A stretch of DNA of 33,919 bases from an uncultured Verrucomicrobiales bacterium (GTDB lineage: Bacteria > Verrucomicrobiota > Verrucomicrobiia > Verrucomicrobiales > DEV007): the NCBI GenBank assembly GCA_938091905.1, contig CALKOM010000005.1, positions 1-33,919 of the forward strand, given 5' to 3'. The translations under genes and the position numbers were made by a program. Each line of letters starts with the position of its first letter. Position 1 is the first letter of the stretch. Positions 26,276 through 33,919 of this stretch are shown here, piece by piece. The notes below the pieces were generated by a model. The model had not been told where the DNA came from, searched no databases, and saw only the letters and a list, made by a program, of their open reading frames with translations.

Positions 26276-27712
26276 ATGAGCAAATCCTCACTCAATCGCC
26301 GCGCCTTTCTCCGAGGAATGGGAGGCATCACTGTAGGCATGCCCTTCCTAGAAGAGATGCTGGCCACCTCGGCGTCCGCAGCTGCCGCAACCGCGGCCAA
26401 TGCAAGTGCCGTGCCGGTCCGGGCGTTTAACGTCTTCTTTGGACTAGGAATTCCGTCGCCGCTACAGAGTGAGGGCTATGATGGCGTGTTAGAACCTCTC
26501 AAGGCACTCAAGGATCAACTCCTCATCATGCGGAGTCTCGATCACGTGCGCTGTGACGAATCCGGTATCAATGCCCACTTCGATGGCGCCTCGGCAGCCT
26601 TCACTGCCGAACCACCCAGTGGCGAAGCCAAGTCAGGTGGCCCATCCATTGATCAAGTCATCCGGCACTCACATTATGCTGACGGGCTCCCTCCCGGCAT
26701 GGTCCCCACGCTCGTCGGCGGCACCTTCTTTCGACGCAGCAGGGTCAGTCGCTATGTCCACAGCTACAACTTGGACGGCACCGTGGCTGCAACCATGCAA
26801 GAGCGTCCACGCGACCTCTTTGATCGCGTCTTTGGCAAGCTCGACGTTGCTGACAACGATGTGAGGAAAGAACGCCTCAAGCGGAGCGTGCTCGATTCCG
26901 TCGTCGATCAGTACAAGTTTTACACGGGGGCACATTCGCCCTTGGGCAATGTGTCCAAAGGGCGGATCAAAGATCATCTCGATCGCGTGCGTGAGTTTGA
27001 GCAACGGGCGTACGCTATGAAGGAACACGCCGCCGATGCGCCCGATCTTCCACCCGAGTCCAAGCTCCTCCACGGCGGCTCAGCTGATCCCGGCGGCGAA
27101 GGCATCGACATCACGCTAGACGAACTCACGACGGAGTGGCGGCTCATGGCAGACCTTTACGCACTCGCGATTCAGTGCGACCGCGTCCGGTTCGGCTCTC
27201 TCACCTTCCTTGCTGCGGGAGAACGCATCCGTCTCACTGGCGACTACATGTTCAATGGCAAGAAGCGTTTCGAGTTTGATGACGCCAATCAGCTCCGAGC
27301 CTCTGGCTCTGCAGGTTGTAGCCATGAGTGGTGGCATCGGTTCAACCCGAAGAAGGACAATAAACAGCTTCGCATGCACGCCCACATGAAGATGCGCGAA
27401 GTGGCTTACTTCCTCCAACGCCTCAACGAAGACGAGACACGTGAAGCCAATGGAAAGACTTTGTTAGAAAACGCCCTAATAACCGTGTCGACAGAGTCAG
27501 GCGATGGCCGCCACAACGACGTCAAACGCGAACTCTCCGGCGTTTTCCATGCTGTCAGTGGTGCCAATGGTCGCTTCAAAACGGGTGAGATCGTCGACGT
27601 AAAGAGCGAAGGTATCGATGTCTACAATACGATGCTGGGTGCCATGGACGCCAAGCGGCACATCGGCCCAGCCGACCGCGAGAAGCGTCCTGTGGATAGC
27701 ATCCGGGCTTGA
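26276..27712 (+). CDS. DUF1552 domain protein, Tat-exported
   Basis: LNRRAFLRGMGG...MPFLEEM, PSIDQVI, PRDLFDRVFG, SVLDSV, HLDRVREFE, EANGKTLLEN. This is the usual position downstream of a DUF1592 gene. Confidence 0.85.
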   Translation: MSKSSLNRRAFLRGMGGITVGMPFLEEMLATSASAAAATAANASAVPVRAFNVFFGLGIPSPLQSEGYDGVLEPLKALKDQLLIMRSLDHVRCDESGINAHFDGASAAFTAEPPSGEAKSGGPSIDQVIRHSHYADGLPPGMVPTLVGGTFFRRSRVSRYVHSYNLDGTVAATMQERPRDLFDRVFGKLDVADNDVRKERLKRSVLDSVVDQYKFYTGAHSPLGNVSKGRIKDHLDRVREFEQRAYAMKEHAADAPDLPPESKLLHGGSADPGGEGIDITLDELTTEWRLMADLYALAIQCDRVRFGSLTFLAAGERIRLTGDYMFNGKKRFEFDDANQLRASGSAGCSHEWWHRFNPKKDNKQLRMHAHMKMREVAYFLQRLNEDETREANGKTLLENALITVSTESGDGRHNDVKRELSGVFHAVSGANGRFKTGEIVDVKSEGIDVYNTMLGAMDAKRHIGPADREKRPVDSIRA

Positions 27713-27797
27713 TCGCCTCACGAGAGTTAGCGGACCTTCCAAAGCCACCTAAACCACGCGCTCTCTCCAACGCAACTTTGGAAAGTTGGGCCACGCG

Positions 27798-30700
27798 CTA
27801 ACGCACCGACACGCGAAGGCGCCAGTAGGCAGATTCGCCGGGCAGTGAGATCGAGGCTCGTTCCATGCCGGGCAACGAACCAATCACCTGAGGTTCAGCC
27901 GCCTCTGGGAGCCACTCCTTTAAGTCACTTGATGACTCTAGGACCCAATCAATCCCATCCAGACCAAGACGGCGTGTGTATGTCAGCGCCCTGCCCAACT
28001 CCGTCTCAGAAATGCTCGCCGTGATCGCCGCTGCGTTACTGAAGTCATCGATCCCAAAGGCGTAATAGAGCAGGGCAGGCTGATCGTCAGGACCGACCGG
28101 ATCAAGGCTGCCCATTAGACTACGCGCGGTGAGCCACTCGACCAAACCCTCACCAGAAGGCGTGGACTGATCGGCCGCCCCGGGACTGCCCCCAGCAGGC
28201 CCAGAGGTCCAATTCCCTGGATGAGCGATGCTTGCACCTGCACCACCGACATAGGTAAGGGAGCGCCCTTCGCTTGGATCCCAGCTCGGCCACGGCGCCT
28301 TATCGTTATAAGTGACGGTATGCAGGAGTACCCCATTACGGTCTCGAATCGTCAGCCGCTCGCCATTGTTGTCCAAGTTACTCGCATCGGCAAATTCACC
28401 AATAAGATTCTTCGTCGCAACCGCTGGATAGCGAAGTTGGAAAGCAGCCTCATTGGCTGCGATAATCGCGAAAGCATTGGGAGAAAGCGTCGCCTTCCTC
28501 TCATCCTCAATCGTCACGTCAACGCCGTCGCTAAAGTGAACTCCGGAGAGATCGATCGTCTTGTCAGAAATGTTCGTCAGTTCTAGGAACTCGAAGTCAG
28601 GCGTGGCAAACCCTGCGGCTTCTTCCTCCGCGGTGGCGGGAGTCGGTGCATAGTGCAATTCCGAAATGGAGAGAGAGTCACTTGTTGGAAGTTCCGCCAA
28701 GTGAAAGAACGCCTCCGCAATAGGCGACCACTCGCCGCCAGCACTATCATAAACACGGGCCTTCATGGTGAGGGAGTGACTGATCACCGGTAGCTCAGTC
28801 CGATCATACACGACTGCCTGAGGATGCAGAGAGCCGTCGGGAAGGCGCGGATCCGTCCCGTCTACCGTGTAATAGATATCGCCAATAACCGGGTTGAAGA
28901 TCGTCGCGTTGAAGACCTTCATCGTCACAGGAATCCCCGCAATGACAGTACCCCCGAATGGCTGAAACTCCGGGAAGCTCATTCTACTTGGGATGAAATC
29001 GCGATCAGCCAATTGATCTAACAGAATATTTGTTCGGGCGGGAAACCAAGATTCGTTCTCCTTATCAAGCTGCGTCTGCCAGTTCCCCTCTCGGGTTTCC
29101 GGCGTACTCACATGGAGATCCCCCCAACGCGCACTTTCTGCAATGAGCGGTTCATAGACCAAATCCGCAAGATCGTTCCATGACTTCGCCGCCCCTTCCG
29201 GTGTGAGCTCGCCCCCATTGAAGAAATGTTTGACCACACGATCCGCGAAGCGCAAATGATAGTCCGGATTTTCATGCATTTCGGAATTGAGAAGCGACGG
29301 TCCCAGCGCAGTCCTCTTGGCAGTCGTGTCCTGCGTAAGGTTCTGGTTGCTAAGACCGTTGAAACCCGCCCGTTCAGAGTCCCAGGCGAAATAGGTCCAC
29401 CCATTGCCCACTGCGCCATTCTCTAACGGAACCCGGCGTCGTGCGTAGCGCATGTTCTTGTGATCCCAGTCTTGGTTACCACTGTAGAAATTGATCAAGA
29501 GATAGTCGATCTGGTTATCCACATCGACATACTGAAGAAGCTCGTCGTAGTTTTCCTCTACGGTGAGGTCTTTCTTCGCCAGTTCATGAGTCTTGCGAAA
29601 TGCGACGTCATCGCCATTCACGACAATGTCTTGAAATGCCGGCGTGTCCTGTAACGCATCCCAATCTTCTTCGTCTCCACCAAAGTGTTCTGAGAGTAGG
29701 CTCGCCTCAAAACGTTCGAACACGTGATACATTCCCCAATAAAGACCATTGATGTAGACGTGGGCATAGATTTGCGATTGGTTAGGCATCGACATCCGCC
29801 GCTGGACTTCGCGATGCCACTGATCCCGTATGTATTGTGCCCGCACTCGCACTCCAGGGTGAATCCACGAATCCCCATTACTGCTGCGAAGGTTGATACT
29901 ATTAAAACGGCTCACCTCGGAGTCTTCAAAGAGACGAAAGTTCAATTTCCCGGGGCCATAGTCAGACCGAAAGATCACTCTCATGTTGTGCTTCACGCGG
30001 TTGGGACTTCGACTCGCGTTGCCTTGCATCCGAATACCGGCATTCGCTTGCACCGTCTGGCCATGCGGAAAGCCAAACAACTCAACAGATACAGGACGTT
30101 CCCACTTGTCCAGGATGCCGTCGTTTACCAGGTCTTTGGACTGGCTATTCGTGTAAATACCATCCCTGGCAAAGAGGTTGTCATTCTCCGTGACAAGAGA
30201 AATGCTCGGCACCGATCGCAGCGCCGCTTTCACCTCTTCATTTGAGTAAATAGGCCCAACGACATCTGGGTCCATTCCGTAGTCCGGGTTACGGGAACCC
30301 CATTTTTCAGGAAATCCCTCTGGCTGATCGGGCTGCCCTAACACGTCGTCGAGGAAGATGTAACTCTGAGTTCGAAGTACACTATCTTCCATGCCCGTCT
30401 TCTTTGCCACAGCCCTTACAATCGTCGTCTGCGTAATCTCGATTGGCTCCGTATAGGGGTCGCCAACCGGTCCTGTGAAGATTGTCCCCGAGCCAGCTTC
30501 ACGGTCGTCCAAGGTGTAAACAATCTCCGCCCCTTCCGTCGCCGTCGTCAGCTCGAGCATGAATGGCGCATCATGAAAGCCATGCTTCACCGAAAAGGCC
30601 ACGTCTTCAACAAAGCCCGTGACACCATGGCCATTCTTCGCACCCGGCGTCGGCGGATCCGCGTACTGCAAAGTGCCATCATCGCGATACCCATACGAGA

Positions 30701-31130
30701 TATCGCGTCTCTGATCAGGAAAGGTAGGTGTGAAGTCTGTAACAATGGTAAGACCATCTTGCGCAATCAACGCGAGACGTTCACCATTACTGTTGAGCTT
30801 GAAGCTCGCATGCAGCTCGTCGCCAACCGATTCCTTCGCTCCCGATGCAAACACAATCAGGTAACCGTCTGCGGCCAAGTCAACCTGCGGAAACTGCCAG
30901 AACGTCTCGGGATCTTCTGGAGTAAAGCCCTCGTCATCTGTCAGGTAGTAACCTTCAAGATCAACACTCTCTGGACCACTGTTATAGATCTCAATCCAGT
31001 CTTCCACCGCTCCATCCGTCGTCGTGAGACTCTCAGAATTCGCAGCCAAGAACTCGTTGATCCTTAGTTCAGCACACAACGACACAAATGGCAGACCGGC
31101 CAGGAGACAGACAAGGAGCAGGGATTTCAT
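27798..31130 (-). CDS. Secreted lamin-tail-domain / CotH kinase-like protein with Fn3-like linkers
   Basis: Signal peptide. Two LTDs (LRINEFLA...DWIEIYN; ISELHY...EFLELTN). IVYTLDD and IYYTVDGTDP linkers. CotH motifs INGLYWGMY, DWDHKN and AWDSE. C-terminal ESSSDLKEW...YWRLRV tail. Confidence 0.85.
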   Translation of the reverse strand: MKSLLLVCLLAGLPFVSLCAELRINEFLAANSESLTTTDGAVEDWIEIYNSGPESVDLEGYYLTDDEGFTPEDPETFWQFPQVDLAADGYLIVFASGAKESVGDELHASFKLNSNGERLALIAQDGLTIVTDFTPTFPDQRRDISYGYRDDGTLQYADPPTPGAKNGHGVTGFVEDVAFSVKHGFHDAPFMLELTTATEGAEIVYTLDDREAGSGTIFTGPVGDPYTEPIEITQTTIVRAVAKKTGMEDSVLRTQSYIFLDDVLGQPDQPEGFPEKWGSRNPDYGMDPDVVGPIYSNEEVKAALRSVPSISLVTENDNLFARDGIYTNSQSKDLVNDGILDKWERPVSVELFGFPHGQTVQANAGIRMQGNASRSPNRVKHNMRVIFRSDYGPGKLNFRLFEDSEVSRFNSINLRSSNGDSWIHPGVRVRAQYIRDQWHREVQRRMSMPNQSQIYAHVYINGLYWGMYHVFERFEASLLSEHFGGDEEDWDALQDTPAFQDIVVNGDDVAFRKTHELAKKDLTVEENYDELLQYVDVDNQIDYLLINFYSGNQDWDHKNMRYARRRVPLENGAVGNGWTYFAWDSERAGFNGLSNQNLTQDTTAKRTALGPSLLNSEMHENPDYHLRFADRVVKHFFNGGELTPEGAAKSWNDLADLVYEPLIAESARWGDLHVSTPETREGNWQTQLDKENESWFPARTNILLDQLADRDFIPSRMSFPEFQPFGGTVIAGIPVTMKVFNATIFNPVIGDIYYTVDGTDPRLPDGSLHPQAVVYDRTELPVISHSLTMKARVYDSAGGEWSPIAEAFFHLAELPTSDSLSISELHYAPTPATAEEEAAGFATPDFEFLELTNISDKTIDLSGVHFSDGVDVTIEDERKATLSPNAFAIIAANEAAFQLRYPAVATKNLIGEFADASNLDNNGERLTIRDRNGVLLHTVTYNDKAPWPSWDPSEGRSLTYVGGAGASIAHPGNWTSGPAGGSPGAADQSTPSGEGLVEWLTARSLMGSLDPVGPDDQPALLYYAFGIDDFSNAAAITASISETELGRALTYTRRLGLDGIDWVLESSSDLKEWLPEAAEPQVIGSLPGMERASISLPGESAYWRLRVSVR

Positions 31131-31192
31131 AGGGGTGTCTATGAATCTAGCGGATCCCTCCCTTTATGGGAAGTGTTTCCTCCTTGCCCTCC

Positions 31193-33919
31193 CTACGGCG
31201 TCGCCTGCGCTTCTATCACAAATGGGACGAATCGGCGACGATTCCACTGCTCCTCATGATCCGCCCAAAGCGTCCACCTTAGGCTGCTCATGATCTTAAC
31301 CCGTTTGTCATGGAGGAGGCGAGTAGGGGCAGCAGACTTTATGTGCTTATTGAGCAACTGGAGGGCATCTCCAAAACGCTCATGCCTGCGAAGCCAACGG
31401 ATATGGGCGAGAATGTAGTCTGCGTTCTTGGTATCCACCCACTGCCCAAGCGCGGCAAAGGCATCTTCAAACGGCTCCTCATCAAATGTCTCACCAGCTT
31501 TCTCATGCTCTCCGTCATGATAGGCAATGGCGCGGCACTTTCGATAAAGGGTGTCCGTAAGGATCTCATACTCACGATCAAACCGTGCCCCTGCTTTCTT
31601 AGCCTCGTCATCATCTTTCTCATGACGGCGCCCGCGATGACGCGCCAGCGCATCTCCATCGATCTCTGCCAAGACTTCGTCACAGAGCGAGACAATCTTG
31701 AGGTGATCCTCTTTGCGGGTTTTCACCGTGTCAGTCTTGGCTAGCTCCCTGACCTTGGCCTCAAGTTCGCCTTCTAGATCGGGCTCTTTGTCAGGCTCCT
31801 GCGACACCTTCTTCGTAGGAGCCAAGACGGAGATCACGCGGGCAACCGATTCAGGAGCGTCGGGATGCAGCTTGAGCTCCCCCACCAGCTGAACCGCCTT
31901 GATCGGGAGATTACTCGGAGCACCCGAATCAGGCATGGCCACAAAGAGAGGTCGACGTTGCCCCAGACGCAGTGTGGTCGCTGCGAATCCCGACTTACGA
32001 CGACCATCTTTGAAAATTTGCAAACCAACGCCACTGGAGAGGCGTCCTTCCAACGTCAGCGGCAACTTTGTTAGATCTTTCAACTTGTCCACATCCTCAT
32101 GTCGCCACTCATAGTGGATCCGATAGTCCCCCTTTCTCAAACGAACAGAGCCTGGCTCCCAACCATCGTCGGCGTCCACACGGTGCCCATTTCCATCCGT
32201 AATGGTGTAAATCTGTTTCTGCACATCTGCCTCATAGAGCCTACCATTTAGCCCAGGGAACCGCGGCGTCACCGATGCCGCGGTCTCCAACGTGAACTCG
32301 TAGGAGACGGTCGCTTCGTAGCGTTGATCACCATCCTCCACCGGCAATCGTTCCTCCACGATTGCTTCAATCTTGCTCTCTTTAGGCTCCAGCCATGCCT
32401 GCCAGTGAGTGAGTTTCGCACTCGGCTCTAGCTCTTGGCGTATCTGCAAGGCCTGCACGTCGACCCGCGTCATGGGCGCAGCCGCCGAGAGATGGAGGGC
32501 CTCGCTGCTCGCGGACAAGCCATGGAAGTCAAGTTTCAACTCATACTCCATGACGGTCTCGTTCGACCAGAACGACGCCAGTGCCACTTCAAGGGTATTG
32601 CCAGGCGTGATTGGCAACACCTGCCTCATCACTTCGTTCGGCTGAAGCATGCCTCGCAAGCGTCTGCCGGATTCGGGATGACGACGCTGCGGCAGCGTTT
32701 GCATACAGTGCAAGACGACATTCTGCGCTTTCTCTGATCGATTCTTCAAGCTTATCTCCATCCACGTGATTCCGTCAGTATTCAGGAAATGACGCCCGAT
32801 CTCACCCGGATCTAGCATGCCCTCATGAAACCACTGAGACGACGGTGTCTCCGAGCGAATGACAGTCATGGGGAATCGGAACAAAGGTCCAGCCTCATCC
32901 CTGGCATCATCAAACGCGAGCACTTCACCAACGTGAACTCCAGGCGGCAAGAGTGCCGGATCGGTATCGAGAAGAAAGGACGAACGGCGATGCGTTAGAA
33001 AGAGGTAGTCTGGGCATGTCGCCCAGGCCACCGAACTCTCTAACCGTAGTCGCTGATTGAACTGCAACTTGCTCTCGTTCAGCGTCTCCTTGCGAAACAC
33101 GGGTGTCACGGAGACACTGAAAGTTTGCGCCGCCTCGGTGTCATAGGACTCGCGGAGATAGAGTCCACGAGCATTATCACGACCAGGAACCCGGACTGAA
33201 TAACGGGGCTCTGTTGGAACGGCATCTTCCCGCAACAGCTCCAAGGCACGGTCCACCCGAAGAAGCCCCTGCCCCTCCGCAAACACCTCTTCTTGATCTA
33301 AAGGTTCCGCCGTGTGCTCGATCACCCGTTTCACAGAACTGGGCGAGTAGGCGATGTCCTCAGCCTCTAGCCCAGCTAGCAAGACAGCCAAACTACCACA
33401 AGCGTTGGGGGAGGACATGGAGGTGCCATTCGCGTGCTGATTTCGCAGCAACGTGTAGGCAGGCACCGGCGAATAAGCGCCCCCAGGCGCACACACACTC
33501 ACCCCCAAGCTACCGTCCTTCGCTGGACCTCGAGACGACCACGTGTAGGCGAGATCTGGATGGGTGCGCCGCATGGCATAGCCGGCCTTCATCATGGCAG
33601 GCGTCACATAGGCACCCACACCAATGACAGAAGACGTGGTGCCTCCAGGAGCCCCCAACGTGCTCAAGGCAGGGCCAGCATTACCCGCCGAAGACACGAA
33701 GATCACACCGTGCTCGTAGACAAGCTCATTAATCTTCTCCAAAACCCGTCCACGATTTGGCAAGCGTGTGGGTTCGCCATAACTCATGTTGATCAACTGA
33801 CAACCATGCGCTCTTGCCACTTCCAGCCCCCGGATGACGGCCGAACCCGTTTCCATCCCACCAAGCCGGGTATCGCCAATCTTGACCGAGACAATCTGCA
33901 CCCCCGGAGCCAGGCCATT
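31193..33919 (-). CDS. Tripeptidyl peptidase II-like S8 (subtilisin) serine peptidase; 5' end outside the window
   Basis: The frame is open to the window edge (NGLAPGVQIVSVKIGDTRLG). Motifs LINMSYGE, FVSSAGNAGPALSTLGAPGGTTSSVIGVGAY, YTWSSRGP and catalytic NGTSMSSPNACG, followed by a long TPPII-type C-terminal region. Confidence 0.9.
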   Translation of the reverse strand, partial: NGLAPGVQIVSVKIGDTRLGGMETGSAVIRGLEVARAHGCQLINMSYGEPTRLPNRGRVLEKINELVYEHGVIFVSSAGNAGPALSTLGAPGGTTSSVIGVGAYVTPAMMKAGYAMRRTHPDLAYTWSSRGPAKDGSLGVSVCAPGGAYSPVPAYTLLRNQHANGTSMSSPNACGSLAVLLAGLEAEDIAYSPSSVKRVIEHTAEPLDQEEVFAEGQGLLRVDRALELLREDAVPTEPRYSVRVPGRDNARGLYLRESYDTEAAQTFSVSVTPVFRKETLNESKLQFNQRLRLESSVAWATCPDYLFLTHRRSSFLLDTDPALLPPGVHVGEVLAFDDARDEAGPLFRFPMTVIRSETPSSQWFHEGMLDPGEIGRHFLNTDGITWMEISLKNRSEKAQNVVLHCMQTLPQRRHPESGRRLRGMLQPNEVMRQVLPITPGNTLEVALASFWSNETVMEYELKLDFHGLSASSEALHLSAAAPMTRVDVQALQIRQELEPSAKLTHWQAWLEPKESKIEAIVEERLPVEDGDQRYEATVSYEFTLETAASVTPRFPGLNGRLYEADVQKQIYTITDGNGHRVDADDGWEPGSVRLRKGDYRIHYEWRHEDVDKLKDLTKLPLTLEGRLSSGVGLQIFKDGRRKSGFAATTLRLGQRRPLFVAMPDSGAPSNLPIKAVQLVGELKLHPDAPESVARVISVLAPTKKVSQEPDKEPDLEGELEAKVRELAKTDTVKTRKEDHLKIVSLCDEVLAEIDGDALARHRGRRHEKDDDEAKKAGARFDREYEILTDTLYRKCRAIAYHDGEHEKAGETFDEEPFEDAFAALGQWVDTKNADYILAHIRWLRRHERFGDALQLLNKHIKSAAPTRLLHDKRVKIMSSLRWTLWADHEEQWNRRRFVPFVIEAQATP

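Noticed and set aside
27773..27788. CAACTTT-GG-AAAGTTG inverted repeat between convergent genes
   Set aside because: AT-rich weak stem with no U-tract; not enough to call a terminator.
1..33919. CRISPR arrays, tRNA/rRNA, IS elements, prophage or defence genes; numerous antisense ORFs
   Set aside because: I saw no repeat-spacer periodicity, cloverleaf, transposase, integrase or phage motifs. The antisense ORFs lie inside well-supported genes.

Overview
Gene-dense bacterial chromosome segment. Gene content (DUF1501, DUF1552, planctomycete-type cytochrome c/DUF1592, LTD-CotH, TPR-ExbBD-vWA operon) points to the PVC superphylum, most likely Verrucomicrobiota (inference). About 23 CDS; I saw no tRNA, rRNA, CRISPR array or transposase. 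Left to right: a partial PBP1C-like transglycosylase that the ORF track missed; a secreted beta-propeller amidohydrolase; a coupled operon DinB - NRDE/TANGO2 - [alpha/beta-hydrolase + DedA + ATP-grasp fusion]; DUF1501; a ~220-nt intergenic stretch with nested helices (candidate ncRNA); L-lactate permease; DUF6428; upp; a minus-strand run nuoB-nuoC-lipoprotein-rlmB-like-selenoprotein-TPR-TPR-exbB-exbD-exbD-vWA-PDZ; a LamG/cytochrome c/DUF1592 + DUF1552 pair; an LTD-CotH protein; and a partial eukaryote-like tripeptidyl peptidase II. Main signals not in the ORF track: (1) an in-frame UGA in a VPG-U-AGC thioredoxin motif, followed by an fdhF-type SECIS hairpin, giving a Trx(Sec)-MsrA-like fusion selenoprotein; (2) a perfect Rex-type operator upstream of nuoB; (3) the structured RNA candidate at ~9506-9726; (4) the DinB/NRDE/hydrolase-DedA-ATP-grasp module, which may be an uncharacterised membrane ligation/editing/flipping pathway. 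All family assignments come from motif recognition by eye, not database searches.
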